Shown here: piece after piece, positions 9,916 through 20,113 of the stretch | Layout of the letters: each line of letters begins with the position of its first letter | How positions within the stretch are numbered: position 1 is the stretch's first letter | IMG/VR virus record: IMGVR_UViG_3300033143_002694 | Coordinates: 4,189-68,188 of that record | Length of the DNA stretch: 64,000 nucleotides | Strand: one strand, 5' to 3' | DNA from: a virus | Made by a program: the position numbers and the translations under genes | Notes under the pieces: model-generated | What the model was told of the DNA's origin: nothing | What the model saw: only the letters and a program-made list of their open reading frames with translations | The model's database searches: none

Positions 9916-10596
9916 TTGACCAACTTAGACAAACGAAACGTGCTTGTAATCGGGGATACACATATACCATTCGAGCATGCCGGGTACTTGAAATTCTGTA
10001 GGGAAGTCCAGAAGAAACATAATTGTGGTACTGTGGTACATGTAGGCGATTTAGTTGATAATCATTCAATTTCGTATCATGAGCACGACCCTGATCTATG
10101 GAGTCCTGTAGACGAAATGGAAGAGTCTGACATTACATTAGCAAAGTGGTTCAAAGCTTTCCCGGAAGTACATCTGTGTAGAGGTAATCATGATGCCTTG
10201 GTAGATCGTAAAGCAAAGACAATCGGATTGCCCAAGAGATGCTTCAAGCCTTATAGAGAAATATGGGAACTTCCTGATGGGTGGGTAGACGACTTTAAGT
10301 TCACAATCGACGGAGTTATATACGAGCATGGTACTGGATCATCCGGTAAGTTAGCTCATTTGAATAAGGCCATAAACAACAGGGCATCGACTGTTATAGG
10401 CCATTCCCACTCATTTGCAGGGATCTCGTTTACAGCCAGTCCATTGGATTGTATATTCGGAATGAATGTAGGGTGTGGCATAAATGCAAAGCAGTTAGCA
10501 TTCGCATACGGCAAAGACTTTCCTCATAAACCGATTGTATCATGTGCGGTTGTAGAGAGAGGAATTAACCCCACTATATATAGGATGTCGTTATGA
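9916..10596 (+). CDS. Calcineurin-like metallophosphoesterase
   Basis: GDTH, GDLVD, GNHD, HG, GHSH motifs. Confidence 0.9.
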   Translation: MTNLDKRNVLVIGDTHIPFEHAGYLKFCREVQKKHNCGTVVHVGDLVDNHSISYHEHDPDLWSPVDEMEESDITLAKWFKAFPEVHLCRGNHDALVDRKAKTIGLPKRCFKPYREIWELPDGWVDDFKFTIDGVIYEHGTGSSGKLAHLNKAINNRASTVIGHSHSFAGISFTASPLDCIFGMNVGCGINAKQLAFAYGKDFPHKPIVSCAVVERGINPTIYRMSL

Positions 10597-10802
10597 ATGA
10601 AGAGCGAGATTATTTCATAGATCTAAAGGTTGGCCTTGAATTCAAGGGTTGTGAAATACCGTGTGAAGAAATATTGATCGCACCTATTAAGGCGTTTATC
10701 AAGAACCATATAAAGTGCTACAAAAACACAACCAGAATTATTGATATGGAAACCAAAATTTACGAAGCAGGTCGCGAAGAACCTGATATCGAAGGAACTT
10801 AA
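10593..10802 (+). CDS. Hypothetical protein
   Basis: ATGA-coupled ORF. Confidence 0.55.
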   Translation: MNEERDYFIDLKVGLEFKGCEIPCEEILIAPIKAFIKNHIKCYKNTTRIIDMETKIYEAGREEPDIEGT

Positions 10803-10817
10803 CACAAGGAGAACATT

Positions 10818-11345
10818 ATGAAGTATATTGTTTTAGTATTGTCGTTGATCGCAGTGTTATCAAGTGGATGTATGATGACAAAGATGCTTATACCAGATGT
10901 AGATACCCGGATGAGTCAGAAGGAACTCGAACACGTAGAGACAATTAATGGCGATTTCAATGATACGCTATTAGCATTGATGGACGATGAGACAGAGAAG
11001 GATAAGACGAAACTTATTCTGGCGAAGATATTGCTCAAGTCTAATAAGGACGCACAGGGAGTATCTCCAAGTGCTGCAGAGAATGTATTCCAACAGTATA
11101 TGAGGATGCAGGGACAGGGAGCGTTAGACGAACAATTGAATGTAGCTGCAGGATGGTCAAAGACTTTAATAACCGAAGTGGCAGGGGGAGGAGTAGCCGG
11201 GATAGGGGGTATTGGCTTTTTGCTGAATATGATAAGACGTAAAAACAAGACGCTAAAAGTCGTTAATTCTGAGCTTGGCGATGAAGCAAAGGCTGCTGTT
11301 AAGAAAGCACTGCGACATACAGGTTTGGAGAAAGAGGTAACATAG
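10818..11345 (+). CDS. Lipoprotein with C-terminal hydrophobic segment (candidate spanin)
   Basis: AAGGAG SD; signal peptide + lipobox LSSGC; Gly-rich hydrophobic segment followed by RRK. Confidence 0.6.
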   Translation: MKYIVLVLSLIAVLSSGCMMTKMLIPDVDTRMSQKELEHVETINGDFNDTLLALMDDETEKDKTKLILAKILLKSNKDAQGVSPSAAENVFQQYMRMQGQGALDEQLNVAAGWSKTLITEVAGGGVAGIGGIGFLLNMIRRKNKTLKVVNSELGDEAKAAVKKALRHTGLEKEVT

Positions 11346-11347
11346 GA

Positions 11348-11782
11348 ATGTCAACTATGGAGACGAGGGATCAGTGGAACCGAAGGGTGGATCTAGACAT
11401 GAGAAGCTGTAACGAAATGCGTGTACGGCTAGAAGAACATGACAAGGCCCAACAGAAGGAGATTGACAGTAACAAAGAAGAGATATCGGAATTGTATGAT
11501 TATAAGAATGACATCTATAGAAAGGTTACTGAGAACAAGGCAAACGCTGCAACTGTGGCCGATTACAATACCATGAAAGAACAGGTCACTCAGCTTCGAA
11601 CAGAGAAGAAGTTTCTGCCGTATGTTGTAATGATTATATCTCTTATAGGTACGATCATGTCGGGGATCTATATTACAAACAAATTTTCAAGGGGAGAGCA
11701 TGTCAGCAAGTCAAGCAATAAGAATGAGGCTCATGAACGACTTCCTGTACTACGCACCCCGGTGTCTAAAGATAGTAGGTAA
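11348..11782 (+). CDS. Coiled-coil protein with C-terminal TM helix (holin/XhlA-like candidate)
   Basis: Charged helical N-terminus, then FLPYVVMIISLIGTIMSGIYIT. Confidence 0.5.
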   Translation: MSTMETRDQWNRRVDLDMRSCNEMRVRLEEHDKAQQKEIDSNKEEISELYDYKNDIYRKVTENKANAATVADYNTMKEQVTQLRTEKKFLPYVVMIISLIGTIMSGIYITNKFSRGEHVSKSSNKNEAHERLPVLRTPVSKDSR

Positions 11783-13412
11783 AGATGGAACGTTACAACC
11801 ATTCGTATTGAATAAAGCTCAAATACTTATTCATGGGATGATAGAGAAGCAGAAGAAAGAGAAGGGTTATGTAAGGGTCTTAGCACTAAAGCCACGAAAG
11901 TTAGGGCTTTCTACTTATACAGAAGGTAGATTTTATCATAACACATCACATCGGACTGGTGTTGGTGCAATGATAATGACGGAAGCCGATCAAAGCAGGG
12001 ATGGTTTGTTTCGCATGGTGAAGACTTATCATGAGAATATTCCGGATGAGATAAGACCGCAGACTCTCCAGTCCAACGAGAAAGCTTTAGTATTTGATAC
12101 TCCAAAGGGAACTGGCTTAAAGAGCCGCTATGACGTAAAAACGTGTGACTCCAAGGGTGGTAAAGGTATCACCACTCATTTCAATCATTGGTCAGAATGC
12201 GCCTACTTTAGCAAGAACTCTTTGGATAATCTAAGTGGATTGCTTGAATCAATTCCATCTGGATGGCCACACATCCTTGACACTGAGGTCATTAAAGAAA
12301 CTACTGCAAACGGAACTGCAGGTCATTTCTACGATCACTGGTGCGAGATGGACGATATTAGGAAGAAGGGCAAGGTCCCTGAGTATCTTCAGGTATTTAT
12401 CCCGTGGACTTATGATGAGGACTACCGCCTCCCGGTTACAGCAGAGCAGCGGAAATACATTCTTAATACGCTTACCGATGAAGAGAAGTGGTTATTAAGG
12501 TTTGTGAACCCCGATGGCTCTCGTACAACTGTGGAGAATGTCGCATGGCGAAGGTGGAAGATAGGAGAGGTTATCGCTCCTCTGGGGTTTACCAAGGAGG
12601 ACTTCTTTAAACAGTGGTTCCCTATGACTCCAGAGGAAGCCTTTGTTTTTTCTGGAAAGAGTATATTTGGTATCTCGGATTTAATAGCGGCTCAACTTGA
12701 ATGTTATCCACCGGAAGCAGTAGGTACCTTTAATTACTACGGCAAGTTTGTAGAGCATAAAGAAGGTATCATGCAGGTATGGCAGACACCAAGACTCGGA
12801 GAGAAGTATGTCATCGGTGCTGACGTGGCAGAAGGTATTGCGGGAGACAAACATGACTATTCATCCGCAGATGTAATTAAGTGTTCTAACGGACAGCAGG
12901 TAGCTCATATCAACTGCAAACTGGACCCTGACCAATGGGGTGCTTTCCTTAATCATCTTGGTAGGTACTACAACAACGCTCTGATAGGCTGTGAGGCGAA
13001 TAACCATGGCTTAACGACTCTTACCACCCTTAAGCACAAGAGCTATCCAAAGGTGTACCAGAGGGAGAAATTAGATGCTAATGCTACAGGACGAAAACAA
13101 AAACAAGCAGGCTGGCTTACTACAGTTAAAAGCAAGTTCAAAATTATTGACGGACTTGTTACGATTGTCAGAGATCGTGACACAGGAATTGTCTGCTGCG
13201 AAACCATTGAAGAGTTTAAGAACTACTCCATCTTGGAAGATGGTGCTTTTGGAGCAATGCCGGGAAAACACGATGACCGGGTCATGAGCTATGCGATTGC
13301 GCATGAGATGTATATGACCATGCCGCTTATGAGATTAACACAGAATCAGAGACAGGCAAGGGAGACAGGCAAGGTGTTAAACCTCAAAGAAGCAGAGGTG
13401 ACAGTTGCATAA
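11700..13412 (+). CDS. terL: Terminase large subunit
   Basis: LNKAQ, LKPRKLGLSTY (Walker A), HWSE (Walker B), ETTANG, GADVAEG, HDDRVMS. Confidence 0.93.
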   Translation: MSASQAIRMRLMNDFLYYAPRCLKIVGKDGTLQPFVLNKAQILIHGMIEKQKKEKGYVRVLALKPRKLGLSTYTEGRFYHNTSHRTGVGAMIMTEADQSRDGLFRMVKTYHENIPDEIRPQTLQSNEKALVFDTPKGTGLKSRYDVKTCDSKGGKGITTHFNHWSECAYFSKNSLDNLSGLLESIPSGWPHILDTEVIKETTANGTAGHFYDHWCEMDDIRKKGKVPEYLQVFIPWTYDEDYRLPVTAEQRKYILNTLTDEEKWLLRFVNPDGSRTTVENVAWRRWKIGEVIAPLGFTKEDFFKQWFPMTPEEAFVFSGKSIFGISDLIAAQLECYPPEAVGTFNYYGKFVEHKEGIMQVWQTPRLGEKYVIGADVAEGIAGDKHDYSSADVIKCSNGQQVAHINCKLDPDQWGAFLNHLGRYYNNALIGCEANNHGLTTLTTLKHKSYPKVYQREKLDANATGRKQKQAGWLTTVKSKFKIIDGLVTIVRDRDTGIVCCETIEEFKNYSILEDGAFGAMPGKHDDRVMSYAIAHEMYMTMPLMRLTQNQRQARETGKVLNLKEAEVTVA

Positions 13413-13424
13413 AGACAATTGCTG

Positions 13425-13453
13425 TTTACATTTCCCTCTGTACATAGTATAAA
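13425..13453 (+). promoter_or_regulatory. Sigma70-like promoter upstream of portal
   Basis: TTTACA-17 nt-TATAAA. Confidence 0.5.
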
Positions 13454-13550
13454 AATATTATTACAAAGCTATATTGGACTGGTTTGATATTGCGTGTGAA
13501 CCCACACAGTCACATTCGTATTGTTCCGGTCCTGTTTTTTTGGAGATAAA

Positions 13551-15716
13551 ATGTCAGGATTAGTTCAGACCGCATCTATTCAGGCTGTTAACGAAGAAGA
13601 AAAACAACGAGAGTTGTTAGGGATTGAAGGAGAGGCAGAAGCCCTTACTTTCGGTTCACAGCTACAATCAAGATGGCAATCGTGGAAAGATATTCGTACT
13701 CCACAGGAAGAGCAATGGCTGATCAACCTAAGACAATTTTATTCTCAGTATGAATCAGAAATAGAAAATGCTATAAAAGCTGGCAGGTCAAGGACTTACG
13801 TAGGTATAACTCGGATGAAAGTCATGGCTGCATACTCCAGACTTGTTGATGTGTTTTTCCCTGCAACTGGCAAGAGGCATTGGCAAATCAAGCCGACTCC
13901 AGAGCCAACAGAATTTGCAGGAACAAGAGCAAAGGCAGAAGTCTTAACCGGTATTCCGGATGCACCACAAGTCGATTCGGAGAAATCACCAGCCGACAAA
14001 GCCGCAGAAGCAATGTCATTTAGGATTAACGATCAGTTGGTTGAGTCCGATTACGATCTTTTATTCCTTGAATCAATATTAGAGCAAGTTATCTTAGGCT
14101 CAGGTTGCATAAAATCAGCGTCCATTAAGGTAGAGAGAGACTTTGGGTGGATGGATACTGATGAGGGATGGATGTTCCAGCCAAGAGAAGAACTTGAAAT
14201 CAAGCCACAAATAGAAGCACCATCAATATTTGATGTGTATCCGGACCCTGATGCATCTGATATGAAAGCAGGTATAGGATGCTTCCAACGTCATGTATTA
14301 AACAAGCACGAATTCAGAAAACTAAAGAAGTTTGCAGGATTTGATAAGCAACAGATTGATACGTATTTGCTGCGGTATCCGAACGGTGATCACTTGGATG
14401 AATGCCATGAGATCGAAAGGAAGAAGCTTGCACATCAATCACAAATTCAGGAAACCCATACACGATACGATGTCCTTGAATATTGGGGATACGTAGACGG
14501 TGAGGAACTTAGTACCATGGGAATCGACATTACAGAGAAGCAGATGTCAGAGGAATTCATGGCTAACGTATGGACTGTCGGTAGTGAGGTTATTAAAGTA
14601 GTATTAGATCCGTCTGTAGATGATGGTTTGCCATTCTTCATATTCCCTTACGAGAAGGTCTCTAAGAAGATATGGGGCCGTGGAGTGCCTGAGATATGTG
14701 CAGATAGTCAAGAGATATTAAATGCGGCTGCAAGACGATTATTAGATGATGTAGCATTGCTTGGTCCACAAATAGAGATCAACGTAGATGACTTATCTCC
14801 AGAGGCAGTTAAATTGATAGACGAAGTTTATCCGTTTAAAGTACATCCAAGAACAGGTGGAGATGCCCAAACACCATTAATGCGAGTGCATAACCTTCAA
14901 AGCGTAAGTAGAGAACTGGTTGAAATTATCAATATATTCAGAGGCTTTATTGATGAAGAAACTAATCTGCCAACTGCGGGAACAAGTGGTGTTGGAGATA
15001 TGGGTGGTAACGAAACCGCACAGGGTACACAACTTCTACAGAATGCCGCAAACATAGTACAAAGAGCAGTGGTTAGTAACATAGACAGATACGCTATTGA
15101 CCCGTTCTTCACGAAGCTATACATGTTTTTCATGCAATGGAGTGATGATGAGTCTATCAAGGGCGACCAGAAGGTTAATGCAATGGGTTCTAGCACCTTA
15201 CTAAAAGCGGAGGTCATGACTACTCAGTTAATTAATATGCTGAATATCACGAACAACCCTACCGATATACAACTCACAAAGCGTGATAACATGTTGAGAA
15301 TGGTTGCAGAAAATCAGGGACTTGATGAGGATGAAGTTGTTAAGACTCCGGAAGAGATCAAGGAACTTGCAAACGACCCTGTCAAGAAACAAATGGATCA
15401 GTTGGCAATGAATAGAGCCACTCTTGAGAATGAAGAAATTTCTTCCAAGATAGAGAAGGAGCAGTCAGAGGTTTCACGAAACCAAGCAGCTATTGAAAAC
15501 GATATCGAACTTATGAGATTAAAGGCGATAGAACTGCAGGGTAAGGAAATCGAAGCTGCTGCCTTATTAAGACTTAAGGAGAAGGAGATTGACGCAAACA
15601 TCCTTCATCAGTCTACGGAGAGTAAGAAGACTGCAGGTGAGAAGAAAACATCTGTAGGTGCAACAAATAAAACATCAAAGAATGATGGCGCAAAGACCAA
15701 TAACAAGAAGGGGTAA
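13551..15716 (+). CDS. Portal protein
   Basis: Follows terL; SIFDVYPDP, VLEYWG, WGRGVPE..DSQ..LNAAAR; GGAG SD before ATG 13551. Confidence 0.88.
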   Translation: MSGLVQTASIQAVNEEEKQRELLGIEGEAEALTFGSQLQSRWQSWKDIRTPQEEQWLINLRQFYSQYESEIENAIKAGRSRTYVGITRMKVMAAYSRLVDVFFPATGKRHWQIKPTPEPTEFAGTRAKAEVLTGIPDAPQVDSEKSPADKAAEAMSFRINDQLVESDYDLLFLESILEQVILGSGCIKSASIKVERDFGWMDTDEGWMFQPREELEIKPQIEAPSIFDVYPDPDASDMKAGIGCFQRHVLNKHEFRKLKKFAGFDKQQIDTYLLRYPNGDHLDECHEIERKKLAHQSQIQETHTRYDVLEYWGYVDGEELSTMGIDITEKQMSEEFMANVWTVGSEVIKVVLDPSVDDGLPFFIFPYEKVSKKIWGRGVPEICADSQEILNAAARRLLDDVALLGPQIEINVDDLSPEAVKLIDEVYPFKVHPRTGGDAQTPLMRVHNLQSVSRELVEIINIFRGFIDEETNLPTAGTSGVGDMGGNETAQGTQLLQNAANIVQRAVVSNIDRYAIDPFFTKLYMFFMQWSDDESIKGDQKVNAMGSSTLLKAEVMTTQLINMLNITNNPTDIQLTKRDNMLRMVAENQGLDEDEVVKTPEEIKELANDPVKKQMDQLAMNRATLENEEISSKIEKEQSEVSRNQAAIENDIELMRLKAIELQGKEIEAAALLRLKEKEIDANILHQSTESKKTAGEKKTSVGATNKTSKNDGAKTNNKKG

Positions 15717-15718
15717 CG

Positions 15719-15949
15719 ATGGCGAATCCATTTGACGATACAGAGTGTGAAGCGATTGCACTGTTGGGTGCAGGTAATCCTATGGCATTCCGTAAGATGT
15801 TAGATTACTTTGAGCGTATGTATGCGAAGGAAATGATAGCATGTGTAGATTGCAATATTGATGTTGTTGATATACACCGAGGCAAGGCAAGGGCATGGAG
15901 AGATGCAAAGAATATTCATGTGGACGCTACTAAAAGATTGAACAGTTAA
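15719..15949 (+). CDS. Small post-portal head protein
   Basis: Synteny (portal-small ORF-scaffold); IHRGKARAW. Confidence 0.6.
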   Translation: MANPFDDTECEAIALLGAGNPMAFRKMLDYFERMYAKEMIACVDCNIDVVDIHRGKARAWRDAKNIHVDATKRLNS

Positions 15950-15976
15950 TTTTACGAGGGGAAGGTAAGGGGAATC

Positions 15977-17020
15977 ATGGAAGACAAACTAACGACTGAA
16001 GAGAAATTAGCTCAGAGTACCGGAAATGATACTGAGAAATTCGGCAAACAACTTGAAGACGAAGCAGATGAACTTATAAGACAAGCTTACGGTGGAGACA
16101 AGGCTGATGAAAATGATGCAGATGGTGAAGATGATGATGGTGAGAAGGGCGATAAAGAGGGCGAAGCTGAAGGTAATGGATCTGACGATCAGGATGCTGA
16201 TAAGGACGGCAGCGAAGATAGCGAAAAGGTTATAGATCCAGAGATCAAGGAACTCCTTGGCAAGTTGGATAAGTCCGAGAAGAGAATCAAAGATACACGT
16301 GCAGATCATACCAGAGGAAGGCAGGAGCTTAAGGATGAGAAATCAAGGAACTCTGAGCTTGAAGATACTGTATTCAAACTAAAGACTCAGATGGAAGCAT
16401 TGCAGAATGCTCAGACTGCTAAACAGGAAGTAAAAACTGAAAAAGCTGTTGAGAAAACTTCCGGGGCTTTGGCAGATCAGATCGCTGCTATGGAGAAGGT
16501 TGACCCTGAAATGGCAAGCGCAATGAAGCCTATTGTAGAGGGTATGTTTGGCCAGATAGATGGCCTTAAAGATCAATTGGCAACCGAGAAAGAGAACAAC
16601 GCAAACCAGAAGATTCAGGATGAGAATGACAGGCATTTCAGGAAGATAGACAAGGCGCATGATGGATGGGAAAACACAATGCAGACTCCGGAATTTGCGT
16701 CATTCCTACAGGACCTTTCTCCACGTGCAAAGAGGTTGGCAATGCTTGACCTTGATAATGGTTCTGCAGAAAACGTCATAGAAGTGTTTGACGAATTCAA
16801 AGCTTCTCAGAAAACAGAAGAAGATGCAGGAGAGTCTAAGCTTGAAAAAGCACAGAGATTGTCTAATCCGGACAACAAGAAGTCTAAGAATATTGATACT
16901 CGTACAAAGAAGATGTTGTTTACAAGGACACAGATCAACAACATGAGCGATGCAGAGTATGCAAAGAATGAAGATGCAATTGATGCTGCGATGGCTGGTC
17001 ATCAAATACAACAGATATAA
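15977..17020 (+). CDS. Scaffolding protein
   Basis: Acidic disordered N-terminus, coiled coil, AHDGW, C-terminal TRTQINNMSDAEYAKNEDAID helix pair. Confidence 0.8.
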   Translation: MEDKLTTEEKLAQSTGNDTEKFGKQLEDEADELIRQAYGGDKADENDADGEDDDGEKGDKEGEAEGNGSDDQDADKDGSEDSEKVIDPEIKELLGKLDKSEKRIKDTRADHTRGRQELKDEKSRNSELEDTVFKLKTQMEALQNAQTAKQEVKTEKAVEKTSGALADQIAAMEKVDPEMASAMKPIVEGMFGQIDGLKDQLATEKENNANQKIQDENDRHFRKIDKAHDGWENTMQTPEFASFLQDLSPRAKRLAMLDLDNGSAENVIEVFDEFKASQKTEEDAGESKLEKAQRLSNPDNKKSKNIDTRTKKMLFTRTQINNMSDAEYAKNEDAIDAAMAGHQIQQI

Positions 17021-17037
17021 TTTTATTGGGGAATAAA

Positions 17038-17364
17038 ATGACGTTATTTAAGAAGTGGCTTAAGAGAGCATTGGATTCACGCAAAGCAATAGAAGTGCCT
17101 TGTCAGGCTGAACACCTTAGAAGAGAGCTCAGTATATCGAATAAAAACCGAGATGAGTGGAAGGGTCAGGCGAATGTTGACGCAACGGAGAATTTAGCTC
17201 TCAAGCAGAAGCTGAAAAACATAAGGGATTTACTAGGCAAAGACGATGAAGTCTTTAGTAAGTATTCAAGAAGTCAAATTGAAGATATGAGTATTGAAGA
17301 GTTTACCAAACTAGAACACCTGATCGATAAGGATGTTTTTGAAGGCAAGCTTTTTCTACAGTAG
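17038..17364 (+). CDS. Hypothetical protein ending in a scaffold-like C-terminal motif
   Basis: YSRSQIEDMSIEEFTKLEHLID resembles the scaffold C-terminus. Confidence 0.65.
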   Translation: MTLFKKWLKRALDSRKAIEVPCQAEHLRRELSISNKNRDEWKGQANVDATENLALKQKLKNIRDLLGKDDEVFSKYSRSQIEDMSIEEFTKLEHLIDKDVFEGKLFLQ

Positions 17365-17500
17365 TAGATGTAAAGTATTAGCGGTTTAACTGTGATTCTC
17401 ATTTTGTTGGGGAACAAGTGACCACAACTCCTAAACGAGCTAATAAGAATGTGAGTTTTTTATTAACACGTAATTATTATTTAATTTAGGAGAATGAGAG

Positions 17501-18376
17501 ATGGCAAGACAAGTTAGCGTAGCCGCTGGTTATAGTTCGTTACCTAATGGTAATTTTATACCTGAAATATGGTCTAAAAAGATGCAGGCAAAGTTTTATG
17601 CTTCAACAGTATTGGGTGAGATTGCTAACCATGATTGGGAAGGCGAGATCAAAGGTTCTGGTAGTAAGGTTATAATCAGAGCGATTCCTACTGTTACCAT
17701 TGGTGACTACGGTATTGGTGGTACCATAAACTATCAGGATTTAGAAGATGACAAGATTGAATTGCTTATCGACAAAGCCAAATACTTTGCATTTAAAGTA
17801 GATGACGTTGATGAAGTTCAGTCTGACATTGCAATCGTAAACAAAACTACTCAGGATGCATCTGAACAGATGAAGATTACTGTCGATACAGATGTCCTTG
17901 GAAATGTCTACTCTGACGCAGCTAACACGCTGGCATCTACAGTTGTTACAGCTACGAACGTTTTGACATGGATAATCAATGCAGGTACTGCACTGGACGA
18001 AGCAAATGTCCCGGAAGCAGGACGTTGGATGGTTATACCTCCTTGGATTGCTGGTATGATAAAGCAGTCTGATTTGAAGGATGCATCACTGGCTGGAGAC
18101 GGACAATCAATAATGAGGAATGGTAGACTTGGTATGATCGATAGGTTTACGTTGTACAACTCAAACAACATTGCTCTCACAGGTGTTGCTGCGTCTGGTA
18201 CATTCCACTGTATGGCAGGAACTAAGCACTTCATAAGTTTCGCTTCTCAGTTTGTAAAGACTGAAACGCTAAGACTGCAGAATAGCTTCGGTGATGCAAT
18301 CAGGGGTCTCAAGGTGTATGGTTACAAAGCAACGAAGCCAGAAGCCGGGGTTTACATGCCAGCAACTAAAGTGTAA
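17501..18376 (+). CDS. Major capsid protein (HK97 fold, P22-coat-like)
   Basis: NFIPEIWSKK, DWEGEI, LLIDKAKYFAFKVDDVD, NVPEAGRWMVIPP, RGLKVYG. Confidence 0.92.
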   Translation: MARQVSVAAGYSSLPNGNFIPEIWSKKMQAKFYASTVLGEIANHDWEGEIKGSGSKVIIRAIPTVTIGDYGIGGTINYQDLEDDKIELLIDKAKYFAFKVDDVDEVQSDIAIVNKTTQDASEQMKITVDTDVLGNVYSDAANTLASTVVTATNVLTWIINAGTALDEANVPEAGRWMVIPPWIAGMIKQSDLKDASLAGDGQSIMRNGRLGMIDRFTLYNSNNIALTGVAASGTFHCMAGTKHFISFASQFVKTETLRLQNSFGDAIRGLKVYGYKATKPEAGVYMPATKV

Positions 18377-18419
18377 GCTGATTATATTATTCTATTATTT
18401 ATCATAAGGAGGACGCAAG

Positions 18420-18881
18420 ATGGCTTTAAGAAATTTAACACTTGGAGGCAATGTCGGTATTTCGGAGAAGGATATGCCGAAGATGGTGTTGCTCCAAAGA
18501 ACAAGGGATTTTAGTGTTGCGGCTAATACCGTAACGGCTGCAGATGTATTGCAGATGGTTAACGTTCCTGCAGGATTCTTCTGCATGGGAGTATTCGTTG
18601 ACACCCAGACTGTTGAGTGGTCAACTTCTACACCATGTCAGGTAGGTGATGGAGCAGATACTGACGGTTGGCTAACAACTGCGATGTGTCTACTTAACAA
18701 CACTGCCACTGATTTCTGTAGCTCAACGTCTGCCTATGGCGCACTGTTGAGTGGACGTGGTAAATTCTATCCTTCTGCTGACACGATTGATATCATACCA
18801 AAGATCAGTCTTGACGCGGCTAAGGTTAGAGTCGGAGCTTGGGGTTTTATGGCTGAACCCGGCAACGATACAGCACACTAG
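18420..18881 (+). CDS. Capsid decoration/cement protein candidate
   Basis: Directly after MCP; beta-rich (DVLQMVNVPAG, VGDG, ADTID). Confidence 0.6.
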   Translation: MALRNLTLGGNVGISEKDMPKMVLLQRTRDFSVAANTVTAADVLQMVNVPAGFFCMGVFVDTQTVEWSTSTPCQVGDGADTDGWLTTAMCLLNNTATDFCSSTSAYGALLSGRGKFYPSADTIDIIPKISLDAAKVRVGAWGFMAEPGNDTAH

Positions 18882-18894
18882 ATTGTAATTAACG

Positions 18895-18954
18895 AACCGA
18901 GGGAAGGAGTGACGTGGCTGCTGCGGCAAACCGATTCCTTCTCTCGGGGTTTTA
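18895..18954 (+). terminator. Hairpin/terminator after the capsid genes
   Basis: CCGAGGGAAGGA...TTCCTTCTCTCGG followed by short T run. Confidence 0.45.
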
Positions 18955-18980
18955 TCTAATAATATCAAGGGGGAACAACA

Positions 18981-19442
18981 ATGGGTAGTGAGGGTGATAA
19001 GCTTATAGAACAGTTAGAACAGGGTGAGAGTGCGGTAGCAGAAAAACCGGATTTAGTACAGACCGAAGAGGCTTTGGCGATGGGTGAAGGCAAGGCTCAT
19101 AGACCTGAGCTAACATGCAGAGAAGATATCCTGAAGGTTGTTGAGATGGATAAGGTTGCATTACAGAAGTATGCAGAATCTCGTTTAGGAAAACGACTTG
19201 ATCTAAGCAAGAGACTTAAAATGCTCAGGACAGAAGTAGTTGTTCTTATTAAAGGTAAGCTTCAATTACCAACAGATACAAATAGTAACAATGCCACAGT
19301 TAAAGAGGGTGGCGAAAAACAAGTTCCGGAATTTATATTTAACCCGAAGAACAGGCGTGTGTTTGAATGGACAGAGCTGCTTGCAAAGAGGGCTGATTTA
19401 ATTGAGTGCTGGATGGTTGACGATAAAGGAAAACGCTTATAA
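18981..19442 (+). CDS. Hypothetical protein
   Basis: SD-led ORF in head module. Confidence 0.7.
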   Translation: MGSEGDKLIEQLEQGESAVAEKPDLVQTEEALAMGEGKAHRPELTCREDILKVVEMDKVALQKYAESRLGKRLDLSKRLKMLRTEVVVLIKGKLQLPTDTNSNNATVKEGGEKQVPEFIFNPKNRRVFEWTELLAKRADLIECWMVDDKGKRL

Positions 19443-20104
19443 TGTCATTGAATATATTAGACTTCAGACTTAAGATATTGGCTGAGTTGCCAGATGCGAA
19501 GGATTTATTCGTTGAACAACTCATGCTTGATGGTATACAAGACTTGTGCCGGGAAACTTCCTGTTGGACGGAAGAGGTATCAGGTTTGTCAACTGTCGCA
19601 GATACAGCCTCGTATGCCGTTTCGGTTATGACTGCTAACACAGACATGATTGGATTATGGCAAGCCAAATACAATAACAAGACTCTGGACCCGATTAGCA
19701 ATAGAGCGATGGATCAAAGGGATTCAGAATGGGAGCAAAGATCAGGCACACCTGACGGAGCTATATACGATGGCGATAATGGTATACGTTTTAATGTTAC
19801 TCCAGACACTGTAACATCTTATTCAGTAGAAGCTATTATCGAGCCTAATAGTGTGGATGGTGTGGTTCCACCAAGGATAGAGAGAAGACATAAGGAAGCA
19901 GTAAAATCTTACGTCAAATGGAAAGTATTTATTTCCCCGAAAACATTCAATGCGGAAATGGCAGTATACTTTGAACGGGATTATATTAAACGCAAGAACA
20001 GACTTAAGGTTGAGATTGCTAAAGATGGTGATGAAATAGAAGTAAGACCAAGGAGCTTTGTGACTGGCAGGGTAAAATCGCCACGAAGCGTAACAGTTGA
20101 TTAA
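19442..20104 (+). CDS. Head-tail adaptor/connector candidate
   Basis: ELPDA..QDLCRETSCW, GTP; synteny. Confidence 0.65.
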   Translation: MSLNILDFRLKILAELPDAKDLFVEQLMLDGIQDLCRETSCWTEEVSGLSTVADTASYAVSVMTANTDMIGLWQAKYNNKTLDPISNRAMDQRDSEWEQRSGTPDGAIYDGDNGIRFNVTPDTVTSYSVEAIIEPNSVDGVVPPRIERRHKEAVKSYVKWKVFISPKTFNAEMAVYFERDYIKRKNRLKVEIAKDGDEIEVRPRSFVTGRVKSPRSVTVD

Positions 20105-20113
20105 GGAGAAATA

